Origin: Psammoneis japonica
Lineage: Eukaryota
Assembly: GCA_008632985.1 (NCBI GenBank)
Contig: QPGO01000128.1
Span: forward strand, 1 to 64,000
DNA length: 64,000 bases
Direction: 5' to 3'
Part shown: one piece after another, positions 12,901 through 25,634 of the stretch
How positions within the stretch are numbered: position 1 is the first letter of the stretch
Layout of the letters: each line of letters begins with the position of its first letter
Notes under the pieces: model-generated
The model's database searches: none
Told to the model about the DNA's origin: nothing
What the model saw: the letters and a program-made list of their open reading frames with translations, nothing else
Made by a program: the position numbers and the translations under genes

Positions 12901-13690
12901 GAGGGTGCGAAAGCGATTTGGTGAAAAATGGCAGGTTGATTTGGTTGGCGCATAGCCAAGGCTGTGGAGGGAGTTGAAAGCTCGGCCTTGCGCGTTGTGA
13001 TCGCACGTTGAGTCTTATGAATCGTGACAATGACCATTTTTTTTTGGTCACGACGTTGACGACCGCCATGGTCCATTTGGGCAACGAGGTTGGAAAGGCC
13101 TTGCATGCGGCGGGTGTGCCCATTTCAGGCAAGGTTCCTCACATTTTTGATTGGTTGGCGGTCCATGTCTACAATGAGCCTCCAGACTCGAATTTACAAA
13201 AGTTCTTTCAAACAAGCGACGCCTACAAGGGCTTTCGGTGTCCATTGGTTCAATTCATATTTTACCGAAGACATTAATTTGGGATTGTGCGGGTACAAGG
13301 GCCTTGCTGAAATTGTAAACGTGCAAAATCCCACCTTTGACGAAATTATTTTGTGGGCGCAAAAACATATGGGCAAGTAGTTTTTGAATGCCGACGGTAA
13401 ACTTGAGGGCAAGGATATTGGCGAAACCAACGCGCCTCAACGATTCGGCATCAACACGATTGATGATTTGAAACAGATGTACGCTAGTGACAGTAGCTAG
13501 GGTTGTAAAAGGACGAATTGAAATCATGGACTATGCATTATATTCCATAGATTGCAAGTCTGAATTGGTTTGTGCCTGCTCATCCAAAGTTCAAACTCGA
13601 CAAAACGTATTCTAAATAGCAAAATGCAACAATCACGGCCTCTTCTGATTATTCACACGCACACATGCACACCCTTCTCTCTCTTATTGT

Positions 13691-15313
13691 TTACCTCCGC
13701 TTCATGATCACCTGGATTGCAATCGCAATTGACCCAATCACAGCGGCAGCAATCAAACCCTTCTTGATGGTGCTCTCTGAAACAACAGAATTGCCTTCAC
13801 TATCCAACCGCTCTTGAATCCTCTGTTCCACAAAGGCTTGCACCACCTTGAGATCGTTGGGACAATTGCTACGTCTTGTCTTTTTCGTCGCCAGACTCGC
13901 CAATGCCGGAGGCGGAGTCGGGAGAGGGTTAACGGCACGCTTGACGGCATCGGGAAACTTGGCTTCATGAGCCGTGGCAAGGCATACCGTTTCCGACTTG
14001 ACCAACTTTAATTGATGAATGGCATTGACACCCACGGCGCTGTGAGGACAAAGCACATAATCAAACTTGTCATGGTAGTCCCGAATCGTTTCGAGCGTCA
14101 TTTTCGTATCGGCCCGTGCCGACAAAAAGTCCGACTGTGCCCTCTTGAGCAAGTCACCGGAAATGGTTAATTTGCCAGTCGACTCGAAATCCTTCATCCA
14201 CTTGGCCACCGTATCAGCGTTGTGGTCTGCGAGATGGAATAGATAACGTTCAAAGTTGCTGCTGACACAAATATCCATGGACGGACTAATCGATTTGGCG
14301 ATATTCAGACGATGGTATTCACCCTTGGTAAAGAAACGGTGCAAAATATCATTCTCGTTTGTCGCCACAACGAGCTTACCTACGGGCAAACCCATTTGTT
14401 TGGAATAAAATCCCGCCAAAATGTCTCCAAAGTTCCCCGTTGGAACCGAGTAGTTGATGTCTCCCGTTTCTCCCGCATCCGTGACACGCAAATAGGACCA
14501 AAAGTAATAGGTCGTTTGTGCCAAGACACGACACCAATTAATGGAATTGACGGCACCCAAATGAACTCGTTTACGAAAGGGCTTGTCGTTAAAACTCGCC
14601 TTGACCAAGTCTTGACAATCATCAAAGGTCCCATTGATTGCAACACAATGGATATTGCCATCTTGGACGGTGGTCATTTGTCGTTCTTGAATTTCCGACA
14701 CGCGGCCATTGGGGAAGAGGATAATGCAATCGACACCCTTTTTCCCACGCAATCCGTAAATGGCAGCACTGCCCGTGTCACCCGACGTGGCACCCAACAC
14801 GGCCAAGCGTCCGCCGTTGGAACCCGTGGATAAAAAGTATTCAAAGAAATTACCCAACATTTGGAGTGCCACATCCTTGAATGCAAACGTGGGGCCGTGG
14901 AAGAGTTCCTGATGTTATTGAGAGTTACGTAGAGAGAAGAGTTAGAACAAGTTGTTCTTTATCCACCATAAACAGCATGTATCACTACTACTACTACTCA
15001 CCAACACGTAATGCCCATCGACATGCACCACCGGAGTTACATCCTTGGAAGAAAAGGCGGCACACGACTTGTGTACAATTTCAACAAGATTTTTTTGTGG
15101 AACTTGATCTGGCTTGACAAATTTGGAAATCACCTCGACGGCCAAGTCGGGATAGGAGAGAGATCGCCACTGCTCGAGTTCGTCTTTGGACACGGACGGC
15201 ATTTCATCCGGTACAAAGAGACCTCCGTCGTGGGCCAAACCCGTCATGACGACCGTGCGGAAATCCAAATTCTTGTCCGCACCGCGAGTAGAAGAATACG
15301 TGACACTAGACAT
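13691..15313 (-). CDS. thrC: Threonine synthase, two exons (15313-15002 and 14908-13691), with a C-terminal hydrophobic tail
   Basis: YSSTRG, GLAHDGGLFVP, ELFHGPTFAFKD (PLP lysine) formed across the GT-AG intron 15001-14909, ATSGDTGSAA, NSINWCR, VPTGNFGD, SPSMDICVSSNFER, CPHSAVG, LATAHEAKF. Confidence 0.97.
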
Positions 15314-16201
15314 GGTTGTTGTTGTTATTGTTGTTGTTTGGAATAAGATGGGCTATGGAGTTCAACAACAGCGTCAACACAAGATGAGCAGACTAGAGTT
15401 GTGTGGGATCAATTTTTTTGATTTTTTCGAAAAACGTCACCCGCGAATTTTGTGGACGCGAGCTCGACTCACGTAGGTTTGTACGGGTGACATACGTAAT
15501 AGGAAACGTCATAATTCATGCTGACATCATCATGTCTGCAACATCATATCAGATGATGGACAGACGTCTTGAAAAAAGATGGACATACGAACGGACGCGA
15601 AAGAGTGAAAGAGTCGAGTGGTTCGATTAGATGGGTGTCAGTGCACCCGCCTCCATCGCGAGACAAAGTACCCTCTCTAGCTAGAGAGAGGGCCCTACCT
15701 ACAGTAAGAAGAAATTGTAGCTGACAAGAGAATCACAACTCAAGGACAAGTTGGTTAAGAAACATTTCGACACAAAAACTCTGGAACGCTAGTCCTTGGA
15801 GGTGGAGCAGGGGGGTTCCTCCTCCAGGATGATCCTCCTCTGTAGAGAAAGTGCATTATAAAACCTCTTGGATCTAACTTCTTCCGTCTGAAAGAACGTT
15901 GCTCGTTGTATGTACGACGCATGGTACCGTACAACAGTAGACTGTAGTTTCGATTTTTTTGCGTTTCATCAGGTGTGGTTACAGCATCGCTGATCCCACT
16001 TCCGGGTTGTTTGGAGGGACACATGGATCTTCGTACAAAAGCTACAGTACTGTACGTAGGAGCCGCGATCAGAAACGAAATGAGGTGACCTCATCCCACG
16101 CAAAGTGTTTTTCGCACTGCGTTGTTGAACCTGCTCGTGAACAGACCCTCTGCAGTTATCAAGTATCACTGCATAGAGCTTTACAAGGCAGTTGGCAAAC
16201 T

Positions 16202-17338
16202 ATGGAGCAGCCAGAACAGCATAACGGGATAGAAATAAATGGTGGTGAAAAAGCAGAAGAAAACGGAAAAGCAGAAGAGGAGGTGCGAAATTCGAATTCT
16301 CCTCCAGAAGCAATCACTGTTGAGAATGGTGAAGCTGACGAAGAGAGTGTAAATGATGATGATAATGACGAGGAGGATTCACTCGACAGCGTTGTTGTTA
16401 TAGATCCGCCAGCATCGTGTGGAGAAAACTTTCGTGATTTCCTGCTACGATTTCTGGATCGCGTCGAGTTTCAAATTATCGGAATTATCGTGCTTTTCGT
16501 TGTAATTGCCGACGGTGCGCTCTTTTTCTTTCTTCTCGTGGGGTGGCAAGCCATGTGCGACGAACCATCGAGAACGGACTGTCAGCCTCGGAATGACGTA
16601 TACAATGTATCGGTTCAAATCCTCAATGGCTGCTTTACCTACATGGCCATTGTCTCCATGCCGTGGCGCAGCACACAGTTTCTTCACATTATGGGGTGGA
16701 GTTGTCCGTACCGTTCGAATGCGATCGGGCACGATGTGTACGGGTTGGAAACGACGGAAATTTGGTATCACATTTCACGGTGCAAACGTATTTGCATGTG
16801 TCTCTTGTTGTTGGCGAATTGTATTACACAATTTATCAATCAAGGAACTCGCATTTGGTACAACAATTATGCGCAGCAAGACTCATCGCCCGGCAACATT
16901 TGGACCAATGTCTTTTTCTTTTCGAGTATGCTGTGTGCCTTTTTGGCTGGATGTTGGCAGGCGTACGAAGAAAACCAAATTCGGAAACGAAATCCCGGTG
17001 TATTCAACCCCGGCCCACTCAATCAGCTTCGAGAATATCTGGATTATCCCATTCGAAAAGCTCGCGAGTACCTTGATTATCCCTGCTTTTGTTGCTGCTG
17101 CAAGCACAAGAAACCCAATCAACAAGAAGAACCGACAGAGCGAATGGATCTTGATGAAGAAGAAGAAGGAGGAGCAGAACACGAAGCACAAGAAGAACGG
17201 TCAGAAGGAGCCGAAGAGGATGAAGCGCACCATCACCACCCTGACCGCCATTCGTATCACGGGGAAGAAAATACGCATTGGCGAGGACATCCAATTCTAC
17301 CATTGGATCGTGCTGGACTGAGACTGTGGGCAATGTAA
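16202..17338 (+). CDS. Multi-pass membrane protein, DUF2985-like
   Basis: ATG at 16202, acidic N-terminus, four hydrophobic segments, and RNDVYNVSVQILNGCFTYMAIVSMPWR, which resembles the DUF2985 QILNALF..PWR signature. Confidence 0.7.
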   Translation: MEQPEQHNGIEINGGEKAEENGKAEEEVRNSNSPPEAITVENGEADEESVNDDDNDEEDSLDSVVVIDPPASCGENFRDFLLRFLDRVEFQIIGIIVLFVVIADGALFFFLLVGWQAMCDEPSRTDCQPRNDVYNVSVQILNGCFTYMAIVSMPWRSTQFLHIMGWSCPYRSNAIGHDVYGLETTEIWYHISRCKRICMCLLLLANCITQFINQGTRIWYNNYAQQDSSPGNIWTNVFFFSSMLCAFLAGCWQAYEENQIRKRNPGVFNPGPLNQLREYLDYPIRKAREYLDYPCFCCCCKHKKPNQQEEPTERMDLDEEEEGGAEHEAQEERSEGAEEDEAHHHHPDRHSYHGEENTHWRGHPILPLDRAGLRLWAM

Positions 17339-17666
17339 AGCATTACTGCGTACTTGGACTATTGTTTGACAGACTGTGAATTGCAGCAAGTCAACGTTGG
17401 TCAGTGTGTTAGACTGGGACAATTGAAATTGTTTCTTTTAGATATTAATTTTGACCCTTTTAGTTCTATTAACACTTATTACAGTACAAGTAGGGATTGC
17501 CAGGCAAGTGCTCAAACGCCTCTACAAGCATAAAAGCAGCTTGAAATGCACCGGTACTCTCCACCTTACGGATCTTGAAATAAATGATCGAGTAGTCTTG
17601 GCGTGCTTTCCTGTGTCAACAACGCCACTCGGCCGTCAAGCGTCCGTCCACCATGGATACCTTTAG

Positions 17667-19019
17667 TCAGAATGGTTCACTTTTCTCTAGCTTTGGTGGA
17701 ATTTTGAAATCGCATGGCTCGTACGAGTAGTAGTTTCGTCGGTTTAACAAGACATTGTTGTCGAGACAGTCTCCAACATAGACAGCGCATCGCATCTCTC
17801 CTCCTCGAATATAGTACGCTGCAATACTGAACATGCTCCAACTTACAACAAGACACGTCGAGTCCATGAGCACCACATTTTCCGCGTACGTTTGGATGGT
17901 GGCGTCCAGGACCTGCTGCTCTTGAGCAAACGCGGAAACATCCCGTTTCTCGCCAAACATGCGTTTTCTTGTATTCTTGTCAACATGAAATGGTTTCAGA
18001 TCCACAAGAGCACGAACGTGTGTTTCGTTCTGGATGAAATGCATCTTTTTCTCGTCGTCATCGGCGGCTAGATAGCCAAACTCTGCCAATTTAGAATCTA
18101 TAAAGCGGTGAAAGCATGAACGCAGCACGTCTGGATCTGTCTTTCGATTTCCAATTCTGTTTCTAGAGTTCTGCCATTTGACCATGCTGGAATCTCCGGA
18201 CCGCATGTGTAGGCCTACAAAAGGTACACCTTGTCCAAGCCCAGTCGTTTCCCTGATACCTTTTGCTTTGGACAAGACTCGAGCATCATAGCGAAACAAG
18301 GTCCAATATGCCAAACGAAACATTTCTGCGTCGGAAATGGTGGATGCTGGACTATATCTCTTGCTAGAAAAGTAATTTTTCATTTCATGGCTTGATACAA
18401 TATCGCCCAGTGACTTTCGTCGTGGTCCATTGCAGCTCTGAAGTCTGTAGCCCAATATGTCCACTCTATTCTCGATTGAGGCTTCTCTCCGCATGTCATC
18501 AAACTTCTGCGCTGTTGTTGGAAAGGAAGCATTCCATTGAATGAAATGAGGATTCAATATTTGGTCAAGAGCCACGGGAAAAGGAGCGTCAATCAAGAGA
18601 ACGCGGTTCGTCGCCACTGCCAAGAAAAAGGCCTTGACCATGGCGAGTGCTCGATCTCCCAATCCACCACAGAGCAACTTTTCCGAGCACTCGTAAACTA
18701 TATACCGTACTCCAGGCAAGATTTTGCCATCCTTGATTGCTGAATTGTGGAAGCTAATATAGTCTCGTATCCACGGTTCTGTGGAGAGCGAATCCACGTC
18801 CATACTCGAAAGTTGTGCAATGGTGGAGCCAACAAATACTGAGTCGTCGAAGGAAATGATTGTTTGATTGCCAGTATCATTGGTCTTTATCGACTGATCA
18901 TCCCATTCAAGCTGTCGCGAGACAAGTTCATCTCGTAGCGGTTCGAGGATATTCGCAATCAAAACGACAGAGAGGAGGAGTAACAGCAGTAACAGCTTTG
19001 TTTGACTGACTCTCATCAT
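17667..19019 (-). CDS. Type II membrane glycosyltransferase, fucosyltransferase-like (GT-B)
   Basis: N-terminal poly-Leu anchor; CGGLGDR..MVKAFFLAVATNRVLLID, VGLHMRSGD, YLAADD and SMFS motifs typical of fucosyltransferase-like families. Confidence 0.75.
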   Translation of the reverse strand: MMRVSQTKLLLLLLLLSVVLIANILEPLRDELVSRQLEWDDQSIKTNDTGNQTIISFDDSVFVGSTIAQLSSMDVDSLSTEPWIRDYISFHNSAIKDGKILPGVRYIVYECSEKLLCGGLGDRALAMVKAFFLAVATNRVLLIDAPFPVALDQILNPHFIQWNASFPTTAQKFDDMRREASIENRVDILGYRLQSCNGPRRKSLGDIVSSHEMKNYFSSKRYSPASTISDAEMFRLAYWTLFRYDARVLSKAKGIRETTGLGQGVPFVGLHMRSGDSSMVKWQNSRNRIGNRKTDPDVLRSCFHRFIDSKLAEFGYLAADDDEKKMHFIQNETHVRALVDLKPFHVDKNTRKRMFGEKRDVSAFAQEQQVLDATIQTYAENVVLMDSTCLVVSWSMFSIAAYYIRGGEMRCAVYVGDCLDNNVLLNRRNYYSYEPCDFKIPPKLEKSEPF

Positions 19020-19519
19020 TTCAATCACATTTACTACGTTTCAAAATTTACCACTCCTATTATCCGACTTGAACCGCTTTATTCTCCTCTTCGACACTAC
19101 ACGCCCATCATTTGGAAACAGAAATGCTTGTTGGAAGAAGAACAGTGGTCATCGCCGCCACTGATGCCTGATGCTCTTCGTGAGAAATCGAAATCGATAC
19201 ATCGAAATTGAAAATTTCAAAATGTCTACGATGACCGGACATATGTCCAAAATGACCCAATAAGCGAACTACGAAAAAAGAGAGCTCGTGCCGGTGAGGT
19301 TACACGCAGACGGCCGGCTTTCAAGCTTCTTTACTTTCGCACAGTACCGGCACTGTCTCAAGTCTCAATTTAGGCCCTAGGTTCAAGTATGACGGAAGTG
19401 TAGCTGCTGATGCCGGCAGCTCTACTGTTTTCCTAATTTTTGGTGGAGGGGTGCAGTGCAGCACATGCCAGTCTCTAGAAAGAAGTGGCAATCGAAGCGC
19501 CAAAGTGTCAGCAGCAAGT

Positions 19520-22500
19520 AAAACCAAGAAGTGAAGCTCCCCATGCAGCAAACGAAACCAAGAAGCAATTCATGAAACAGTGGAAATGAAGATTTGTGTG
19601 CACATCCCAAAGTGTCGGTTCAAACAACACCTCCCCACCTGCGGTGCAGTCAGGAGCATGTTGTGGGATGTGATCAAAGAGGCGCTTGGACTGCTGCATC
19701 CACTGGCTGGCAATCATAGTTCCGCAAAGAGACTGACACAGTGAAAGGTCGCCTTCACCAGTCATTCTCTTCTGCATCACTTGACGGCGAGGACAAAACA
19801 CCACTGGAAGATGAGCTCAAGTTGAACCTGCCCGGCTCCATCTTGGCGGCCGCCCTGGCCGGGGCAACAGATGGTCGAGCGGCAGGTTTTCGATCCAAGT
19901 CAGAATCATCATCGCTGTCGCAGAGATCAATCACGAGGCCCTTGTTGGCAGCGTTGTCGAAAATCTTTGTGATCCGGGCCTCGGCGCTGTCACAGCAAGG
20001 ACATCAAGTTCCAAATCCTCCCGCTCAATTCCGAGCAACTCCACCGCGTCTCGCTGCATCTCGGCAAGTCGGTTGAGATGAGGTGGGAGTTTATCACGAC
20101 ATTCTCGGACCTTGCGTTGCATTTCGGGATCAAGCTGGCCGGAAGCCTCACTTTGGTTGTCCCACGCGACGGAGTGCACACTTTCGAAGGTCCTCCACAG
20201 AATCTGCACTGTGGCTGAAATCTTTGAACAAAGCTGCTCAATCAATTCACCAATGGCTTTTAACAACTCCACAGTTGAACTGCTAAACATGGACTGGACG
20301 CTTGAGGCAGCGTGTGAGTTCATGGCATGCTTCATGCGGTCAAACTTGCCTGGGCCACCAGGGACGCTGATGGTGGCAGTGTGGCCACTCTTCATGTGAG
20401 GTTGAATCTTTGGCAACAACGATCGATTGAGAGTTCGTTGACTGGAAGCGGTGGTCTCTTTCATTGACTGAAAAGAAGCCTTGGCAGCTGTCTTGCAGCT
20501 GCGGCTGGCAGCGTTCATCATCTGCGAAATTCTGTCATGAGACAAACCGGCTTCAGCGAGTTCGAACGACAACGATTTGTCGACAGAAGCGCACACAGCC
20601 AAAATTTCAGCTTCGCATTCTCCCAAGAATGCTCTCAATGACAAGTCCATGATCTGCTGCCAATCTGAGCTGAACTCTTTCTCCATGGGATCACAAAGCT
20701 CTTGATTCAGATCGACTTCACCAGCTGATGCCGACGCATGGACGCCGTCGCGGCGAGCTGTTGCAAAGTGGGTAGACCAGTGAAGCCCATTTCTCTGAGG
20801 GCTTCGATGATCGCGGCTTCTCCGGCTTTTTGAGCCCCACGAGGCAAAGGTGGCCATTGCGGCAGCGTTTCCTTTCTTGGCACCCGCCTCAAGAGCAGGG
20901 CGCAGTGCAGACCGAACTTTCATCTCAGCCTTCTCGTGGAATTTTGCATCGGCAGACTTCACTTTCTCATTCAACAGATGCATCTCCTTTTCAAATGCAG
21001 TCTTCAGGTTTCGAGAGGCTCGCCCACTGGGAATGTCTTTTGCATCAGCTGCGACAAGTTTCACTCGATCCAACATGTCACTTGAGGCAGACACAAAAGC
21101 TTCCGTGAATGTCGCCCGTTGTCTTGCAGTGGTGTCGTGGACAAACGCACAGAGTGACGGGATTTGAGCATCAGCCGCGGATGAAAACGTGCTTGGTGGC
21201 CCATCAGTCGATGGCTTGACACCTTGAATCTTGAGGCAGTCGTTGGCACTGATGCAGTGAACATCCATGTCAAAATCGTCGGGAATGGGAGGGGCGTCGG
21301 CGACAACATCGTCCCCACCTTCATCTTCTCCACGAGTTGACTCTTCCAAACCCGCCCGGAAATCATCCTGAAGGCATTTCTTGCTGCACTCGTTTCGCAC
21401 TTCGGCGCATGAGGGCTTGAGGCGAAGCTGCAGTCTACGAGACTGACTGTTCAAACTGTTGAGTTTGTCGCCATTGGCCTCTTTCCACGTGTCAAGTCCT
21501 TTCAAGGTAACACGGAAATGGTCTTTCGAAACCTGGATCGCAGATTCAAGTTTCGCATGGGCTGCGTCATTGTCGACAATCACACCATCACTGTCGACAC
21601 TGCCAGCATCTTCATCTTCTTCAAATTCCTTGAGCTCTTGCTTCGCCTCCTTCCAAGCTTGTCTAGCGCACTCCTTCTCTGCTTTCAAGTCTTCCTCTTC
21701 GGAACGCAAATTTGCAAGTTCCTTGTCAATTGTGGCGAGTTGATCCGAAAGATCACCAATTGTCTCCCATCGCCCAGGCTTCTCCACAGCCACGTCCTGG
21801 TGGTCCCGCATGGTCTCCATGGGTCTGCAATCATCAGTTTGAGTGCAGACAAATGCAACATTGCCGTGCTGACCATCCATCAGCAGCCGTCGCTTGAATT
21901 GTTCTCCCAAAAGCTCCTTTGCGGTTCCATCATCCACAGCCCGTTTGATTGGGGCAACAACCCAGATTTGACTGCAATTCTGCAGGTGCTGTTCCGAGAC
22001 TCTGGCTCTGGCCGTGTTTGCGTCACGCACGCCGGGGAGATCAACGAGACAAGTGCCAGCAGACAGAACTGGCCATGGTCCTTGTAGAACAACCTTTCGA
22101 ATCAAAGGCCAAGTCTGCGGCTCATTTCCATTGCCCTTTCGGCAGATGAATTCGTTGACAGTGGATCTAAATTCGAGTGCCCACTTCTTCTTCTTTCGGC
22201 GAAGTCGTCCACTCATCTTTCCAAATCCTTGCAACAGGGTGGCGGCGGCATCCGTGTCAGCCTGGCCCTTTTCCACAATGATGGAATTGTTCCTGTTCGC
22301 GTCCATCCTGTGAAGCAAGAAGCCTGTGCACTCGCTGATCACGTGAAAGGTCAAAATGCAATTGCTCGCTGCTGCATCCGTGACACCTGGACATCTTTCC
22401 CCGTCCACAGACTTGTTCCATCTTGCTCCATGCAGCTGCTGCTTCGGGTTGGTGCTGCTCATCTGGAACAAGGGCGCAGATTTTCTTTTTGTTGTGAGTG

Positions 22501-25380
22501 CTGCGTTCATCAATCAGAGTGCGAAGCTCATCCAACCACTCGCCATGCTTGATGAACTCGACTTCACCCTTGCAAACAGGAACTTCCTCCTCAATCGCAT
22601 TAGACAGGTCTGAGTTGAAGCGGAGTTCCACAATGGCAGCCGTGCAACCACGAGAGCCAGAAGTCGGCAAAACAGCCGATTCTTGAATCAAGGCATTCAG
22701 CATGCTTGACTTGCCAGCACCTGCATTTCCGAGTGCGCCAATGGTCACATGTGGTGCCGACTGGGCAAGGCTTTGAGCAATCTCGTTAGACCATTCTTGG
22801 CAACAATTCTCAGAACAAAAGAGAGGACTCTCCTTGAGCATCGCGTCGACATCCCTTAGAACACTGCAACTCTTTTCCAGAGCCGAGTCATGCAGTTTGT
22901 GAGCCTTGTTCTCCGCTTCAGTTTCATGAACTGTGATCTTGTCGTTGTTCTCTTCCTCGTCGTCAAGAAGCACAATCTCCATCGGTGACGAGGCGTCCTT
23001 GGCCGGCGAGTTCTCGTTCGCTGGGGACTCTGGTGCCTTTGAAGGCTTCTTGGGGCGTTCCGCAGCTCGGTTGTTGTCATTTGCGTCGTCTGCTCGATTG
23101 TCCTTTGTGCTCTGGCCATCAGAGTCGAAATCGCTGTCGCTGTGGTGATTCATGGATGCATTCGCATCGCACACATTCCCGGCATGAAAAGCAGCGGATG
23201 TTTCGAGAGTCACGCCTTTAAAACTCTCGTTTTCAGCCTCCTCGCCTCTTTCTTCAGACGGCACTTTCTTGGAAGGTTCGAAAGCATCAACCATTTCAAC
23301 GTTGCTTGGTGCAGAGTCAGTCTTGTTGTTGGCACTGTCTTCCTCGGAGGTCTTGTTTGGCAAGACAGTCGGAGGTTCAAAATCCTTCTCCTTCAGATCC
23401 TTGACAGCTTTGGAATCCGTTGAGTTGCTCTCCATGACTCGTTCCAGATTGGGCGTCTCTGGCGCGTCTTCAGGACCATCCACATTGCTTTTGAGGTTGT
23501 TTTCGGCAAGCTGGTTTGGCAAGACCTGTGGAACACTGGTGGGGTTTGCATTCAAAGAGTCATCCTTGCCCTTCTCCGCAGCAGTGAGCCCATCAGATTC
23601 CGGCATCGACTCTTCTGGGTGACTCTCGGCATTGGCACAAGGCTCCTTGGCGTTGTTGGAAGGTGCTGAAACGCTGGGAGCCATGTTCTTGGGTGCGTGG
23701 AAAGACTCTGCAACTTGAGACTGCTCTGTAGAAGGCTCCGTGGCAGCATTTCCGTCTTCTTGACGAGATTTCTTAGCCGCTAAGACTTCATCTTCAGAGG
23801 TGCTGATGACAAGTTTTCGCTTCTTCTCGTGAACACTGATCGTCCTCTCTCCCAGATTCCAACACAAGAGACGATGCTCTTGCTTTCTAGACAAGCGCAC
23901 ACCATCACAACAAAAACAGCACTCGCCCTTGGGAAGCACATCATAGTCAAATTCGTCCTTGATGAGTTGACGCACGTTTGCAAGAACGTGCGACGAATTG
24001 ACTTCGACAAATCCTCGATCGTTGTCGCCAGTGCAAATCACAAAAGGCCTTGTCAATGTCGACACTGAACTGGGAGCATCATGCTCAATGCCAGTGCTGG
24101 CACTGTCACCCATGGTTGTTGCAGTCTCGATCAGAATGAATCATCAATCAATCAACAGCAACACGACGGTTGCCATCATGCAATGAGGTGCGGGCTCATG
24201 CATCGCGTTCATTTTTGAATTCAAGATTTATTTGTTTGGCGCAATCCAGTTTTGAGTCGCGTGAGGAGTCCTCGCCCGACTGCACACAAACTGCAAATTC
24301 ACTCGACGGACCTCGCGCAGGAAAAACCGCAAAAGCACCATGCCAAATGCCAAACGCCAGTGCGGCGACCATCACCAAAGCATCAAAACGACAACAGCAA
24401 CTCTGTCCAATCTCATGACCTCTGTCAGAACAAGATTGATGGGGGTTTTGAACTGGGAAATTCAGACAAAGAAGGCAAACCATCTCGAAAGGAGGAGCGT
24501 CATTTCGGCAAAAAAATGGAAGCAGCAAAAGAAGTCCAGGTGGGAGGAGCCCATTGGCAATGTGGAGCAGGTGTGGAATGTTTTGGTCGATTGTTTGAAT
24601 GAAGGCCCGACATCAGATTTTGTGAGCAAGAACAGCCGACAGGACAACACTTTCTGCCAAATTTTGACGATTTTGTCACAGGCGCGCTCCGCAGTGTGCC
24701 CTTGTGGAGATGTGGACAAGGTTTCAAAGGCCACCCAGGCTGCATCATGGCACCCATGACATGGTTCACTGTCTGTGTGCATTGGGTGTTTGCTTTGAAG
24801 AACTCCAGCAAGCCGACACATTGCACACCTTCAGCTTCTAGAGACTTTGAGTGCAGCCAGAGGAATCCCCCATTTCCATGAAACTTTCACATCTTCCCAC
24901 GCTGTTGGCGCAAGCTCATCGGCAGACTCTCAAGACAGCTGTTTTGCCGCTTGTTCAGCCACTGCACAGATGGGACAAGCACTGGAATCCTGGGACATTT
25001 TGCGTGCATTTGCTTCATTTTGTTGTGATGTTTGAAGCTTCAACCACAGAGAATCATGAGCCCATTGCTGATGATTGTCCGCTTGTCTCCAAAACTGGAA
25101 TCTGCAGCACTCGTGAGCTGAAGGACACACCGACTAAAAAACTCGTTCATCACTTTTCTTGTCCCTGGATCAAAAATGACAGTGAGCCGAGTGTCAGAAA
25201 AAGAACCCCTTCTTCTGTTTTTGAGCTGTGAAACTGTTGCTTGCGGCCTTAGCGTCTTCTTTTCTTTGCATGGAGAGAGGCATCCCGAGATCCTGCTTTG
25301 AGTCACACCGGTGCCGGTGTGAGTCGTCCGTCAACGAACTTGTTTCGGCCAACTTCAACGAGTGGATTGACTCACTGTTC
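19520..25380. other. TpA-erased domain 2, with CpG largely retained in the GTPase gene body
   Basis: About 20 TA by eye across 19.5-24.1 kb while CG is abundant (e.g. GCCGACGCATGGACGCCGTCGCGGCGAG at about 20730). Confidence 0.9.
19931..24113 (-). pseudogene. Dynamin-like (nuclear GTPase SLIP-GC type) GTPase gene, TpA-hypermutated, with frameshifts near 22300 and 19980
   Basis: G1 GNAGAGKSSMLNALI, LPTSGSRGCTA, WPLIRKV, G3 LVDLPGVRDAN, IWVVAPIKRAVDD, FVCTQTDD, VHCISANDC, GLHWSTHFATARRDG. One Tyr in the 618-aa ORF and none in the 860-aa ORF. Confidence 0.85.
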
Positions 25381-25634
25381 GACTCCGTATGTACACACTG
25401 GTACAAATCTGAGGATAAGCTCCTTTAACGTTACGCTGAATATATAGATATGAATATCAATGTCCGTCCAACCGTAATGTCCACAAAATCATTCCATCGA
25501 TTGCAACTCACGTTTTTCGCACAATAGGGCCTAGTGACTTGAGCGTTGCAACTCCAGCTAATTCATCGCTCTCCAGAACTTTTCGTAGTTGCCATAATTT
25601 TCTGAGGCATCGACAATCGAGGCTGCTCAAACCC

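Noticed and set aside
13008..13380. Short plus-strand ORFs downstream of threonine synthase
   Set aside because: No recognisable family or clear gene structure, so left uncalled.
19931..24113. Alternative genetic code or Tyr avoidance as the explanation
   Set aside because: TA is missing in all frames, on both strands and in non-coding DNA, while neighbouring genes use TAY and TAA/TAG normally.
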